Of a stretch of DNA of 64,000 bases, positions 1 to 11,743 are shown in pieces (within the stretch, counting starts at the first letter, position 1; the number at the start of each line of letters is the position of its first letter). Below the pieces are notes generated by a model that saw only the letters and a list, made by a program, of their open reading frames with translations, did not search any database and was not told the origin of the DNA. Position numbers and translations under genes: made by a program. The DNA comes from an uncultured Gammaproteobacteria bacterium (lineage in GTDB: Bacteria > Pseudomonadota > Gammaproteobacteria > CAWCPV01): assembly GCA_963797555.1 (NCBI GenBank), contig CAWCPV010000003.1:480001-544000 (forward strand), written 5' to 3'.

Positions 1-116
1 ACCTGCTTGCGCAGGAGGAGCGGAGTTTCCAGGAGCAGCTTGACCAGAAGGCCCATGCCTATCCCGAAATGGTGCCGCTGCTTGTGATTCGGGTGGAGGG
101 CGGTGGCCATGAGTAG
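1..116 (+). CDS. 3' end of upstream gene, probably BREX type 3 helicase (BrxHII-like); partial
   Basis: Open frame LLAQEERSFQEQLDQKAHAYPEMVPLLVIRVEGGGHE* overlapping the pglZ start; identity inferred from type 3 gene order only. Confidence 0.5.
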   Translation, partial: LLAQEERSFQEQLDQKAHAYPEMVPLLVIRVEGGGHE

Positions 117-2116
117 CTGGCGCGATCAAATTCTGAAGGAGTTCACGCCGAAGGTCGCCAGACTCACCTTGGTGGCGGACCCGGACGGGCTCCTGCTCGA
201 AGAGGGGATTCTCGAAGGTATTCGCGAGCGCGGATTCGAGCTGATCCCGTTCGAAGACCCCATCGCCTTCCGCTACGCCTACGAATCGAAGTTCCGCTCC
301 CGCTGGGACCGGGGCGAGCACACGGACCTCGTAGTCGTATTGCGTTCCCAGGACGCACGACCTCGGCTCTCTGCCCTATGACCTCCTCCAGGCCGGCCGC
401 AAGCTATCCTTCAGCCTCGGTGAGATCTTCCCGAACCTGAGCTACCCGGTCGTGGCTGCTCTCGACCGCGGGGACCTGGAGGCCCTCTACGAGGCCCAGA
501 AGCGGCATGCGCCCGGCCAGTTGGGCGAAAACGCCACGAAGGAATTCATCCTCCGGCACGTCTTTGAAATTGCCCCGGAGCTGATCAAACAGGCGTCGGA
601 CCTGCTGCGGGTGCTGTTGCGGCGGCATTATCGCGGTCAGCGAATCCCGACCGTCCTCGACGAACGGTTCATCCAACTACTGCGCCAGAGCAACGCCTTC
701 GACGATTGGCCGCTTCAAACCCTCGTATCGGACCGGGAAGTTTTCTTCGCATTCCTCCAGGAGCGCTGGTCGATCTTCCTCGACCGCGAGGCGGCCAAGG
801 GGCCGTCTGGCGTTCAGGAACACAAAGAACCTTATCGTCTGGCCACGGAGGGACCCGTCGATCTGCCCTTCGATCATCATGACATCAGGGTCTACGTCGA
901 CAACCTGTTCATCGAAGGCCTGCTCCACTCCGTACCCCACGACCAGGCAGGTGCTCTTTCCAAGACGTGGGCAGGCATCGGCGTTCGAGCCGAACCAACC
1001 GAGGACCGGTCTCGTCGCCTGACCAAGCTCATCGAAAGCCTGCAAGCATCCGTTCCGGCCGAGGACGCCAGGTACGGGGACTGGCTCCACTTCGCCCGCC
1101 GATGGGCGGAGCTGGTCCTGCTGGCCAACGAGCGGACCGAGGCCCTTCCCGCGCAGACGAGTGCCACCGTCAGAGAGCTACAGGCGCAGGTGGATTCAGG
1201 GTTCGCTGCCTGGCTCTCGAAGCGGTATGCGGGTCTCGTCAACCTGCCGCCGGTTCCTCCGGTCATGCTGCACCATCTTCCGCGGTTTCTTTCCCGCCAA
1301 CTGGGGGAAGGCCGCAGCGCCAAGATCGCGCTGCTCGTGGTCGACGGCCTCGCCATGGACCAGTGGCTGGTCGTCCGCGAAGCGCTGGCCTCGCGGCAGT
1401 CCGGCTTCCGTTTCCGGGAGCAAGCGATCTTCGCCTGGATTCCCTCACTCACGACCGTCTCGCGCCAGGCCGCCTTCGCCGGCAAGGCTCCAATCTTCTT
1501 CCCGAACAGCATCCAGACGACGGACAAGGAGCCCGCACTATGGGCGCAGTTCTGGCTGGATCAAGGCTTCACGTCAAACGAGGTCGTGTACATCAAGGGA
1601 CTGGGTGACGGCAGTCTGGAGACCGTTTCCGAAGCGCTTTCTCATCCCAAGGCAAGGGTCGCCGGGCTGGTCGTGGACAAGGTCGACAGGATCATGCACG
1701 GGATGGAAATGGGGACGGCCGGAATGCATAACCAAGTGCGCCAGTGGGCACAGCAGCCGTACCTGAGCATGCTCCTCGATATGCTCCTGGACAGGGGGTT
1801 CCGTGTCTATCTAACCAGCGACCACGGCAATCTCGAAGCAGAGGGCTGCGGCCGTCCGGCAGAAGGGGCTGTGGCAGACGTGCGCGGTGAACGAGTCCGC
1901 ATCTACCCCAACGCGGCCCTTCGCAAAAATGTGAAGCAGCGTTTCCCGGGTGCCCTCGAGTGGGACCCCATCGGTCTGCCCGACGATTACCTCGCTCTCC
2001 TGGCTCCTGCTCGGCAGGCGTTTGTCCGCGAGAAGCAGCGCACCGTGAGCCATGGCGGCATCTCGGTCGAGGAACTCATCGTCCCTCTGGTTCAGATCGA
2101 GAGGAGTGGTGAATGA
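109..2116 (+). CDS. pglZ: BREX-3-type PglZ phosphatase-domain protein (one frameshift near 360)
   Basis: ORFs 103..381 and 452..2116 join; motifs LLVVDGL, WIPSLTTVSRQ, TSDHGN, SHGGISVEELIVP. Confidence 0.85.
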
Positions 2117-2865
2117 CCGCAGCACGGACAGGCCAGATCGGATTCAGTCAGCGCGTGCGTCTGGAATGGCTCGAGCAGACAGCCAACTTGGTCCTCGCCG
2201 GGAACGACAAGGCCGCGGTCAACGATGCCTTGCAGGCGCTCCTGAAAGACAAGGTGTCCGTCGGCGGCCAAGCCAAGCGCGGCAATCGCGAGAAGATCAT
2301 CAGCATCCTGACCAAGGTGTGGGTCATGGCTCCGGCCAGGCTGAAGTCCCTCCGAGCAAGTGGCCTGGAGCTGCTCAAGCGCGTCCCGCAAACCGATCAC
2401 GTGGCCGTCCACTGGGGCATGGTCATGGCCGTCTATCCGTTCTGGTCGGACGTAGCCACCCAGGTTGGCCGCCTTCTGAGGCTGCAGGGCTCCGCGGCTG
2501 CGGCGCACGTCCAGCGTCGCGTCCGGGAGCAGTACGGCGAGCGGGAAACGGTTTCCCGGGCCGCTCGTCGCGTCCTGCGCTCGTATCTGGATTGGGGCGT
2601 GCTCAAGGAAACCGGCGACACGGGCATCTACAGCGCGAGTGCCGTCTTGTCAATCGACGATTCTCGGCTGATCGCCTGGCTAGCCGAAGCATCCCTCCAT
2701 GCGCGCGCTAACGGTTCCGCCCCGCTCAAAGACCTCATCGACAGCCCGAACCTTTTCCCGTTCCGCCTCGAGCCAATTCACGCTCAGAGCCTGCTGGCGG
2801 CGTCTACTTGCCTCCATATCCTTCGTCACGGTCTGGACGACGACCTAGTGATGCTGCGGAAATAG
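2113..2865 (+). CDS. BREX-3-associated protein (BrxA-like)
   Basis: 250 aa ORF coupled to pglZ by ATGA overlap; IGFSQRVRLEWLE and HWGM..AVYPF motifs recalled from type 3 BREX terminal gene. Confidence 0.6.
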   Translation: MTAARTGQIGFSQRVRLEWLEQTANLVLAGNDKAAVNDALQALLKDKVSVGGQAKRGNREKIISILTKVWVMAPARLKSLRASGLELLKRVPQTDHVAVHWGMVMAVYPFWSDVATQVGRLLRLQGSAAAAHVQRRVREQYGERETVSRAARRVLRSYLDWGVLKETGDTGIYSASAVLSIDDSRLIAWLAEASLHARANGSAPLKDLIDSPNLFPFRLEPIHAQSLLAASTCLHILRHGLDDDLVMLRK

Positions 2866-2988
2866 GCCCGGACCAGGCGCCCGACAACTGGAGAGAACAA
2901 GAACAGCACACTGCGTCTTCGATTGAACGCACCAGGAGCGCCTGTGCACGTCTGCCTGGGTGGATTTTTGGTTCCCGTGCGATACCGA

Positions 2989-3213
2989 ATGGATCACCTA
3001 AATCGCATCACAGTCGACCCCGAGGTCTGCGGGGGGCGCCCCTGCATCCGGGGGCTGCGCATTCGCGTCAGGGACATCCTCGGAATGCTGGCGGGCGGGG
3101 CAACATGCGAGGAGATCCTGGAAGACTACCCTTACCTGGAGAGCGACGACATCACCGCCGCCCTGGAGTACGCGGCCCGTCAGACCGATCACCCGGTTCT
3201 GCGGAGCGCGTGA
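2989..3213 (+). CDS. DUF433 family antitoxin
   Basis: RITVDPEVCGGRPCIRGLRIRV...EEILEDYPYLESDDITAALEYAA. Confidence 0.9.
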   Translation: MDHLNRITVDPEVCGGRPCIRGLRIRVRDILGMLAGGATCEEILEDYPYLESDDITAALEYAARQTDHPVLRSA

Positions 3214-3215
3214 GG

Positions 3216-3250
3216 GTGCGTTTCCTGGTCGACCCGCAGCTTCCGCCTTG
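3216..3250 (+). pseudogene. Truncated DUF5615 (PIN-like) toxin start
   Basis: GTG-RFLVDPQLPP directly after DUF433, typical N-terminus of the partner toxin; similarity then stops. Confidence 0.6.
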
Positions 3251-3468
3251 CCCTCGCCCCCGCCTGAGCACGCAGAGTCAGGTCACTTGCCCTTGCATTC
3301 CACTGCTGAGCCTCCCAGATCCGACCTGCCCATTCGGGCGATGCACGGCACGCCGCCTTCTGTCACGCTGCTACCCGTGGGATCAGGCTGAGTCTTCGCG
3401 TTCTTCATGGGTGGAATGGCACCCAGGCGCGGGACCAGTAAGATCCGGAGTCCTGACAGGAGGGTCAA

Positions 3469-4396
3469 ATGACAACTGCATTATTGGAGCAATCGAGCCT
3501 GGCTTCGGTTTCGGATCAGTTGGCCGCCATCGTCGAACAGGTCGGGGCCAGCGTGGTCGCCGTGCACGGGCGGCACCGCATTCCTTCCAGTGGAGCGGTC
3601 TGGCAGGCCGGCGTCGTGGTCACTGCCGCACACACGTTGAAGCGCGAAGAAGGCATCACCATCGTGGTCCCGAGTGGCAAGATGCTGAACGCTGTGCTTG
3701 CTGGCCGTGACCCGGGAACCGACCTGGCGGTTCTCAAGGTCGAGGGACTGGACTTAACGCCGGTGCCGACAGGAGATGCGCAGACGCTGAAGGCCGGCCA
3801 CTTCGTGGTCGCGGTCGGCCGCGCCGAGGGCAGTGAGGCGAGCGCAGGCATCGTCGCGGCAGTGGGACCGGCGTGGCGCACCTGGCACGGCAGCCAGATT
3901 CGATCGGCTGATTCGGCTCGACGGCGGGCTCTACGCCGGCTTCTCGGGTGGGCCTTTGGTGGATGCAACGGGCAAGGTGGTGGGCATCTGCACTTCGGGG
4001 CTCATGCGCGGCAACGCGGTGGTGATTCCCGTCTCTACCGTCACGCGCGTTACGGAGGAACTGCTCGCCACGGGCCACGTGTCGCGCGGCTATCTGGGGC
4101 TAGGCATGCAGCCGGTGGCGCTGCCGGCGTCGGCGTCTCGCAAGCTTGGGCTCGAGTCCGACGGTGGAGTGCTGGTCGTTTCCGTTCAGTCGGATGGACC
4201 CGCCGACATGGCTGGCGTGTTCGTCGGCGATGTGTTGCTTGAATTGGGCACGCTGCGCGTCACCGATGTGGACGAGGTACAGGCGGCGATCGCCTCCACG
4301 CGCATCGGAGAGCCCATCAGGGCAATGCTGGTGCGGGCAGGGGAACGGCTGGAGCTGTCCATTACCTTGGGTGAGCGCCCGCGCGGGTCCCACTGA
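3469..4396 (+). CDS. Trypsin-like (S1C/HtrA-type) protease with PDZ domain; frameshift near 3900
   Basis: VVTAAH, DLAVLK, GFSGGPLVD catalytic motifs; C-terminal RGYLGLG PDZ. Confidence 0.85.
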
Positions 4397-4526
4397 CGGG
4401 CGCCCACCCCCCTGGAATGGCCATGGGGGCGGCCGGCAGGCCGAGGGGTGCCCGGGCTGCCGGCCGTCCGGCCGAGGTGTGCGTGTGCGGATCGCTCGTG
4501 AAAATCGCGCTGAGACCGGGGCAACC

Positions 4527-5156
4527 ATGGTAACCAGCGTGCTGGTCGTGGCCGCATCCTCAGCCGTGCGGGCGAGCTTGGCAGCCGTCATTGCGGCCGA
4601 GCCCGCTCTGGTTCTCGCCGGCACCTTCGGGTGGCCGCCGACGCTCGTAGAGTACGGTCGCGCCCGTGCCGATGTCGTTGTCGTGGACTTGCTCGACGCG
4701 GAAGAGGCTGCCACCGGGGAATGGGGCCTGCCTGCACCGCGTTTCGTGCTGCTGGTGGATGAGCCGGATAGCGACGCGGCGCAGCGAGTGCTGCGTGCCG
4801 ACGCGGCCGCGGTACTACCGCGCGACGCAGCGGCTCAGGAAATTGTCGCGGCGATCGAGTGCGCCTCCCTGGGGCTGGTCGCCATGCGCCCGAACACCTT
4901 GGCGGCGCTCGTCGGTCACGGCGCGGCCGGGCGCTTCGCGGCCGCGCCACTGCTCACGGAAACGCTGACGCCGCGGGAGCTCGAGGTGCTGCAGATGTTG
5001 GGCGAAGGACTCGCCAACCGGGTGATCGCGGGTCGGCTCGGCATCTCCGTGCACACGGCAAAGTTTCACGTCGGGTCGATCCTCGGCAAGCTCGGTGCCG
5101 CCACCCGAGCGGAAGCCGTCGCCCTCGGTATCCGCCGCGGATTGATCATGCTCTGA
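4527..5156 (+). CDS. NarL/LuxR-family response regulator
   Basis: LTPRELEVL...GLANRVIA...HTAKFHVGSILGKLG HTH; degenerate receiver domain. Confidence 0.85.
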   Translation: MVTSVLVVAASSAVRASLAAVIAAEPALVLAGTFGWPPTLVEYGRARADVVVVDLLDAEEAATGEWGLPAPRFVLLVDEPDSDAAQRVLRADAAAVLPRDAAAQEIVAAIECASLGLVAMRPNTLAALVGHGAAGRFAAAPLLTETLTPRELEVLQMLGEGLANRVIAGRLGISVHTAKFHVGSILGKLGAATRAEAVALGIRRGLIML

Positions 5157-5245
5157 CGTCAACCGCCTGGGGCACCCTCGATAGCTCTGTCACGGATTTT
5201 CGAGGCCGTCCGGCGGGGCCGTAGCGCTCGCGCCCTCTCGCCCAC

Positions 5246-6109
5246 TCACGCGCCCCACATCTTGGCGGTCTGCGCTGCGAAGTCCTCAAAACTCCGCGGG
5301 GGGTGTCCGAGCAGCCTGGTCTGACGCTCGATGTCGGCGGGTGTGGCCCGGAGCCCGTGCTCCTGGAAAAACGCGTACATGAGCCTGAAGTCGAATACCA
5401 TCCACGGGGGCAGGTACCGGAGCGACTGCTGCTCCCAGGCGTCGAGGTCGTTGCCGCCATAGGCGATGGCCTTGCCCAAGACCCGGCTCCAGACCTCAGC
5501 GGTGCTCTGCCCCGTGTGCATCTGCGGACCGACCAAGTTGTAAGTCTGGCCCGCGTGGTCACCCGTCGTGAGCGCGATGGCCGCCGCCTCGGCGATGTCA
5601 CGCACGTCCACCCGCGACAGACCCAGGTCTCCGATGGGTTGCGGATAGACCCCGTACTGGAGCATGACATCCTTGAACCAGTAATCGTTCTGAAAGAAGT
5701 TGTTGGGCCGCAGGATGGTGTAGGGGATCCCAGAACCCTGAAGGACGGTTTCGATGGGGAGCTTGGCGCCGAAATGCGGCAGGTGCAGTGCCTGATCCAG
5801 GTGGTGCACCGAAAGGTACACGAGGCGCTTCACGCCCGCCATGCGCGCACCGTTCAAGGCCATGAGACCCTCGTGGGTCTCGCTGGTGCTCACCGCGGTC
5901 AGCAGAAATACGCCCTCCACTCCCCGGAACACCGAGCGCACCGTGCCCGGCTCGAGCAGATCGCCGGTCACGGGCTGAGCGCCGCCCGGCAGGCTCTTGG
6001 CCTTGTCCGCACTGCGTGTCAGCACCTGCACCTCGGCCCCACGCGCCAGCAGCTCGCGCACCACTTGGGACCCCACCGTTCCGGTCCCACCGACCACCAA
6101 TGTCTTCAT
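5246..6109 (-). CDS. NmrA-family NAD(P)-binding protein
   Basis: MKTLVVGGTGTVGS Rossmann motif, YTILRPNNFFQN, VDVRDIAEAA. Confidence 0.85.
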   Translation of the reverse strand: MKTLVVGGTGTVGSQVVRELLARGAEVQVLTRSADKAKSLPGGAQPVTGDLLEPGTVRSVFRGVEGVFLLTAVSTSETHEGLMALNGARMAGVKRLVYLSVHHLDQALHLPHFGAKLPIETVLQGSGIPYTILRPNNFFQNDYWFKDVMLQYGVYPQPIGDLGLSRVDVRDIAEAAAIALTTGDHAGQTYNLVGPQMHTGQSTAEVWSRVLGKAIAYGGNDLDAWEQQSLRYLPPWMVFDFRLMYAFFQEHGLRATPADIERQTRLLGHPPRSFEDFAAQTAKMWGA

Positions 6110-6408
6110 GTCTCGTCTCCTCTGTTGGTACGACTTCCCATACGACCGCTGGGGCTGCCCGGCCATGCAGAAAGGAGCGCGCCCTTAGCCGTGTCTGCAG
6201 CCTCGCCTCCGATCTCGCTTGGCCCGCGTCCCGACCCGTCGCGGCAGCAGCATGGCCCGTCCACCGGCGCCGGTGGTCCGCTGGCGCAGGGACCGCAGCA
6301 CATCGCGTCGCGTCCCGCACCCGCGTGGGCTCGTCACGGGCACTGGGTTCCTCATTATGAGCGCGCGGGCCGCGGTTTTGGCCGCGCACCGTGGCCCGAC
6401 TGAGGGCC

Positions 6409-6642
6409 TCAGAATCGCTCCTCGATGTGGATGGTCTGGAAGCCAATCTCCTGAGCCGCCCTGGTGGCGGCCTCCAGCGAGTGGAAGACCTTCTCGGCAC
6501 CGCTGTGGTCGGTGAGCTTCACTCTCTCGCCGCTTTCGTGCTTGAACAGCATCATCCACCCGTTACCGGTGGCCGAGGGCTCAATCATGGCCCCTTTCAG
6601 GGTGCCCGAGCTAAGCTCCAGACGGACCTGTTCGATCTCCAT
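6409..6642 (-). CDS. Small hypothetical protein
   Basis: MEIEQVRL... with GGAG RBS and protein-like composition. Confidence 0.6.
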   Translation of the reverse strand: MEIEQVRLELSSGTLKGAMIEPSATGNGWMMLFKHESGERVKLTDHSGAEKVFHSLEAATRAAQEIGFQTIHIEERF

Positions 6643-6753
6643 AGCCGCTCCACTCCGTTTGTGGTTGTCCAATCCTGGTGACACGCGGCCGGTGCTTCAA
6701 GCCCTGCCCGACGGCAAAAACCCGCTGCCGTGTCGACTCTATGCGGCGGTCGC

Positions 6754-7911
6754 CTAACGGCTGCAGGCAGCCTGCCAACGCAGCACCTCCAGACTCAGGC
6801 GCTGCTTGGTCTGCAACAGATCCGTCTTGTCGCGCTGCAGGACGGCCACCGTGGCGCCGAGATCCTGGATACGCCGCTCCTGCTGGAAGAGAGCCTGCTG
6901 AAGCTGGGGGAATGCCACAGGCTGCTCCCGCACCGCCTGCGCAGTGCCGCCCCGGTCCTCTGCGGGCGGGCGGCTGGCGCCAGGCGCCGACGTGCCCTGG
7001 CGGGTTCCTCCGGCCGACTTCGCCTGCGGACCCGCTGCCTCACGCTCCAACGCGTGCACGCGGTGCTGGGACAGCTCCAGCGCCTGCTTCAGGCTGGCCC
7101 GCTCTTCGGCAGCCTTGCGCTCGTCATCGGCGCGCGCCTTCGCGAGCGTCGAGCGTTCCCGTTCCATGGCGTTCACGCGGGCCATGAGGTCCTGGATCAT
7201 GCGGTCCTTCTGGCTGAGGTCTTCGACCCCCTGTTCCTGCTGCGCCTCCAACACTTGCTGCTTCCTGACCTGGGTTTGCTCGAGCATGTAGGCGCGGGCC
7301 CGCGCCGCATCGAGCGCAGTCTTCAGGCGCTCCACCTCCCGCTCCAGGGATTCTTTGTCCTTCTGCTTCTCGGCGCTGTCCTTGGCCAGGTGGGCAAAGC
7401 GCGTCTGCAGCTCTTGGATGAGGGAATCCTTCTCGTGGACGCTCGCCTGCAACTCCTGCAGCGCCTGAGTGTGCCGGCTTTGCATCTCTGCCAGCTCCTG
7501 CTGCGCGGCCGTTCTGGCTTGGGAGAGCTGCCGATTCGCCTGCCCTTGCGCATTCAGCGTCTTTTCGAGGTCCGTCGCATGAGCCTCCGCTCGTCGGCGC
7601 TGCGTCTCGCAAGTGTCACGGACGGTCTGGGCCTTCTGCAGAGCACCCCGGATCTGCGTGGCCTGTGTCTGCAGAGCCTCCACCTGCTGTTTGAGGCCTG
7701 CGTTGCGTCGCTGCAACGCCTGCTCGCTCCCCGAGCACTCGGCGGAGAGTCGGTCCACTTTGGCATGCAGGGCGTCGGCCTCGGCTCGCAAAGGCTGATA
7801 CCGGTCCCGGTAGAAGTACGCGGCATAGGCGGCAAGGCATGCGATGACAATCACGAGCATCCACCTGACAAGCCATTTACCCATGGATCGTTCCCTCTTT
7901 TGCTGGCGCAC
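6754..7911 (-). CDS. Membrane-anchored coiled-coil hypothetical protein
   Basis: N-terminal hydrophobic helix followed by long Q/E/L/A/K-rich heptad region. Confidence 0.65.
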   Translation of the reverse strand: MRQQKRERSMGKWLVRWMLVIVIACLAAYAAYFYRDRYQPLRAEADALHAKVDRLSAECSGSEQALQRRNAGLKQQVEALQTQATQIRGALQKAQTVRDTCETQRRRAEAHATDLEKTLNAQGQANRQLSQARTAAQQELAEMQSRHTQALQELQASVHEKDSLIQELQTRFAHLAKDSAEKQKDKESLEREVERLKTALDAARARAYMLEQTQVRKQQVLEAQQEQGVEDLSQKDRMIQDLMARVNAMERERSTLAKARADDERKAAEERASLKQALELSQHRVHALEREAAGPQAKSAGGTRQGTSAPGASRPPAEDRGGTAQAVREQPVAFPQLQQALFQQERRIQDLGATVAVLQRDKTDLLQTKQRLSLEVLRWQAACSR

Positions 7912-7979
7912 ACCATGACGTCAAGCCAAAAGGGCCGACCGGCACGGCATCTCTGCCCACGGCCGACTCCGACCCGGGA

Positions 7980-8597
7980 TCATTCACCCCCGGTCCAGCG
8001 CGCACGCAGCGAGTCGCGGTTCAGTGCGAGCCATTGTAAGGCGATGATCGGCGTCGCCGAAAGGATGCGGCCTTCCGCCAGCGCGTGGAGCGCTTCGGTC
8101 CAAGGCATTACGAGCGCCCGGATGTCCTCGCCCTCCTCCAGCAGCCCGTGTACGCCATCGACGCCGCTCGCATCTGTGCGGGCGCAGAATAGCGCGATCC
8201 ACTCGGAAGTGCCGCCCGGACTCACCAGGTAGTCGTAGATGGGGACCAGCTCATGGATCACGCAGCCCGCCTCCTCCATGGCTTCGCGCCGAGCGACCTC
8301 GGCCGGCGCTTCGTTCGGTTCGACGATCCCGGCGATGGTCTCCAAGATCCATGCCCCACCGGGAGCCCCGAGGGCACCGATGCGGAACTGCTCCACCAAG
8401 ACCACCTCATCGCGGAATGGGTCGTACGGGAGGACCGCGGCCGCATGTCCGCGATCGAGGAGTTCTCGGGTGAGCAGGGGACTCCAACCACCCCGGAACA
8501 GCTCGTGGCGCAAGCGGTACCGTACCAGGCGGAAAAAGCCCTGATAGGCGACGGTGGATTCGACGAGCTGGATTCTCCGGCCTGGAAGATCGCTCAC
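7980..8597 (-). CDS. nudF: ADP-ribose pyrophosphatase (Nudix)
   Basis: RGHAAAVLPYDP, VLVEQFRIG, Nudix box AGIVEPNE...ARREAMEEAG. Confidence 0.85.
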   Translation of the reverse strand: MSDLPGRRIQLVESTVAYQGFFRLVRYRLRHELFRGGWSPLLTRELLDRGHAAAVLPYDPFRDEVVLVEQFRIGALGAPGGAWILETIAGIVEPNEAPAEVARREAMEEAGCVIHELVPIYDYLVSPGGTSEWIALFCARTDASGVDGVHGLLEEGEDIRALVMPWTEALHALAEGRILSATPIIALQWLALNRDSLRARWTGGE

Positions 8598-8818
8598 GGG
8601 CTGCCTCCAGTGCGCGAGGGTGTCTCCAGGCCCTCCAGATCGGCTTCTGTGCCGCCCGCTCGGCGATAGGCCTCGCGGTGCAGCGGTCCCTCGACGGCCC
8701 TGCGCAGATAACGCCGTGACAGCCGCAGGAAGGTGCGCTCCGGGTGCAGGCCGCACCGCTTGCAGCAACAACCGAGACAGCGCCGGCCGACCGCGACGTG
8801 CCCGACCTCCTCCTCTGA

Positions 8819-8926
8819 GAGCTTGTGAAAAAATCGAAAATCTGGCCGGCCTCCACGCGGAAGTAACTGATTTATAACGCTTTTGATATGTAGCAAACGG
8901 TGTCTTGGCGATTTATTCACAAGCTC
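8819..8926. mobile_element. MITE-like element (about 108 bp) with terminal inverted repeats and TGA flanks
   Basis: TIRs GAGCTTGTGAA(A/T)AAATCG with 1 mismatch; TGA on both sides; AT-rich interior; right end recurs at 51836-51868. Confidence 0.75.
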
Positions 8927-9185
8927 TGAGATGAGATGCAGGATAGCCGCGCCGTCTGAAATGCCGTGCGTCCTCCGCCGCGACGCGCACCCAGTCATGG
9001 TCGTAGGCGCGCGGGCATGGCCGGAAAGCGATGTACGGCACCCCAGGCGAGGGTCACTGCGCCGAGCGCGATGTGGGCAAGCCCGTGGATTAGCGCGGCC
9101 CGACCGAAACGGGGCGCCAGGGCGTGGCGGGCGGTTGGACCCAGGGCTATGAGCCGCGAGGCACTCCCTGGCGGCTCCGAACAGG

Positions 9186-11075
9186 TTAGCCCTGCTCACC
9201 GGCCCCGGCCATCAGTAGCATCAGTTCGTTGAGCCGACGCACGAAGGCGGCCGGATCCTCCAACTGCCCCCCTTCGCTCAGCACTGCCTGCTCGAACAAC
9301 ATGGCCGACCAGTCCGCGAAACGGGCCGCGTCCTGCTCGTCCCTGATGCGCAACACGAGCGGGTGCGTGGGATTGACCTCCAGCGCCGGCTTGCTCCGGG
9401 GGACCTGTTGACCGGCGGCGCGCAGCATGCGTTCGAGGTGTGTGCCCAGCCCATGCTCATCCGCGACCAGACAGGCGGGCGAAGATGTCAGTCGTTGAGA
9501 GACCCGGACCTCGGTCACTCGGTCCCCGAGTGCGTCCTTGAGGCGTTTGGTGAGATCCTCGAGCTCGTCCGCGCCCTTATGGTGCTGCTCCTGATCTTCT
9601 TGATCCTGCAGGGCTCCAAGATCCAGCCCTCCCTTGGCTACCGATTGTAGCGGCTTACCCTCGAACTCGGTCAGGTGTGCCACCACCCAGTCGTCTACAC
9701 GGTCGTGCAGCAGCAACACCTCTATGCCTTTCTTGCGAAACACTTCCAAGTGCGGGCTGCTGCGGGCGGTGTTGAAGCCGTCGGCAACCACGTAGTAGAT
9801 CGCCTTCTGCCCTTCTTTCATGCGGCCGACGTAAGCCTCCAGGGACGCATCCTGGGCGGCGCTGTCCGTGTGCGTCGAGGCGAAACGCAGCAGTTTGGCG
9901 ATGCGCTCGCGATTGGCGGGATCCTCGATCACACCCTCTTTGAGCACCTGCCCGAATTCCTTCCAGTAGGCGGCGAATTTCTCCTGCTGGGTCGCTGCGA
10001 GGTCCTCGAGCAGCTCCAGGATCTTGCGCGTGGCACCGGCGCGCAGCGTGTCGATGTCTTTGCTGTGCTGCAGGATCTCCCGCGAGATGTTGAGTGGCAG
10101 GTCGTCCGAGTCGATGACGCCGCGCACGAAGCGCAGATAGCGGGGCAGCAGATGCTCGCTGTCCTCCATGATGAACACCCGCCGCACGTAGAGCTTGATC
10201 CCGTGCCGCTGCTCGCGGTCCCACAGGTCGAACGGAGCGTGGGCCGGGAGGTAAAGCAAAGCCGTGTACTCGTGGCGCCCCTCCATGTGGCTGTGCACCC
10301 AGGCCAGCGGCGCCTCGAAGTCGTGTCCAACATGCTTGTAGAACTCTGCGTAATCGTCGTCACTGATCTCGGACTTGGGCCGCGCCCAGAACGCCGACGC
10401 CCGGTTCACGGTCTCCTCCTCTCCCTTCTCACCGGTCATGAGGATGGGTATCGGGATGTGATCGGAGTACTTGTGCACGATCGCCATCAGCCTGCGGTTG
10501 TCCAGGAACTCGTTCTCGCCCTCGCGCAGGTGCAGCGTCACCTCGGTGCCGCGCTTCGCCCGATCCACCGTCTCGACCGTATAGGCGCCCTCGCCAGTGG
10601 ACTCCCAGCGAACGCCATGCTCACGTCCCAGGCCGGCGCGCCGCGTGATCACGGTCACTTTGTCGGCAACAATGAACGCCGAGTAGAAGCCTACGCCGAA
10701 CTGACCGATCAGCTTGGCGTCTTTCGCCTGATCTCCCGTTAGGGACGCCATGAACTGGCGTGTGCCCGACTTGGCGATCGTCCCGAGCTGGTCGATCACC
10801 TCGGTACGGGTCATTCCGACACCGTTGTCCGACACCGTGATGGTGCGCGCCTCCTGGTCGTACCTGACGCGGATGCGCAGGTCGCTTTCGCCTTCGTAAA
10901 GCGCATCGTCCGTCAACGCCTCGAAACGCAGCCTGTCCATGGCATCGGCGGCGTTGGAGATCAGCTCCCGCAGAAAGATCTCCTTGTTGCTATAGAGCGA
11001 GTGAATCATGAGGTTCAGCAACTGCCGCACCTCGGTTTGGAAGTCCAGTGTTTCCTTGTGCGCATCCACACTCAT
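9186..11075 (-). CDS. htpG: Molecular chaperone HtpG (Hsp90)
   Basis: [28 protein letters not shown]. Confidence 0.97.
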   Translation of the reverse strand: MSVDAHKETLDFQTEVRQLLNLMIHSLYSNKEIFLRELISNAADAMDRLRFEALTDDALYEGESDLRIRVRYDQEARTITVSDNGVGMTRTEVIDQLGTIAKSGTRQFMASLTGDQAKDAKLIGQFGVGFYSAFIVADKVTVITRRAGLGREHGVRWESTGEGAYTVETVDRAKRGTEVTLHLREGENEFLDNRRLMAIVHKYSDHIPIPILMTGEKGEEETVNRASAFWARPKSEISDDDYAEFYKHVGHDFEAPLAWVHSHMEGRHEYTALLYLPAHAPFDLWDREQRHGIKLYVRRVFIMEDSEHLLPRYLRFVRGVIDSDDLPLNISREILQHSKDIDTLRAGATRKILELLEDLAATQQEKFAAYWKEFGQVLKEGVIEDPANRERIAKLLRFASTHTDSAAQDASLEAYVGRMKEGQKAIYYVVADGFNTARSSPHLEVFRKKGIEVLLLHDRVDDWVVAHLTEFEGKPLQSVAKGGLDLGALQDQEDQEQHHKGADELEDLTKRLKDALGDRVTEVRVSQRLTSSPACLVADEHGLGTHLERMLRAAGQQVPRSKPALEVNPTHPLVLRIRDEQDAARFADWSAMLFEQAVLSEGGQLEDPAAFVRRLNELMLLMAGAGEQG

Positions 11076-11110
11076 CGATACATACCCCCGTCGTATGCAA
11101 CCGGCTGAGG

Positions 11111-11138
11111 GATAGGGCTACCCTCGGGCGAAATCAAG
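11111..11138 (-). promoter_or_regulatory. Putative sigma-32 promoter of htpG
   Basis: CTTGATT-N14-CCCTAT on minus strand resembles RpoH consensus CTTGAAA/CCCCAT. Confidence 0.6.
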
Positions 11139-11743
11139 TCGTGATCGGTTGCGAAGCGCGAACAGCGGCGGCTGGCGCGCGGACATCGAGGCCGTGCCGG
11201 TTCAGCCGGCATTCAGACTGCCATGCATATCATTGGTCCTGGAACAGATCGAGGCAAGTCCCACGATCGGTAAATCATTTGCATACCAACCGCACCCCTG
11301 CTAATTTCGCAGTCTGCAGCGCGGTTCGGGAGTCGGTTTCGGCCGGCGCCAAGCCCTGGCCCTCTGCCCGCACGGACTCCCTTCAAACCCCCGGCCCGGA
11401 TACCCACACCCCTTAGCCGCGGCCGTCTGCGGCCAAGCCTAGGGACCGCTCTGAGCGGGGTCATGCTCCTTGACCGTCGTGTGTGAATCGGCAGGGCCCT
11501 GGGATATTGAGCACGTCGGGTAGGCCGGGGCCGGCCCCAGTGATGCGGTATTCGTGAGCGGAAATGCACTTCTTGGCACCACTTCCTCGTTATCAGGAAG
11601 ATGGAAGGCGCCCCGGACAACCAGCGCGACAAACCTTTCCCGCCCGCCGGAATTCCGTTAACTTACTGTGTTTCCAGGCAACACGGACTCTGCGGCCACC
11701 GTCTTCCAGGAGTGGCCTTGGAGGATCACCAAACGAGGACGAC

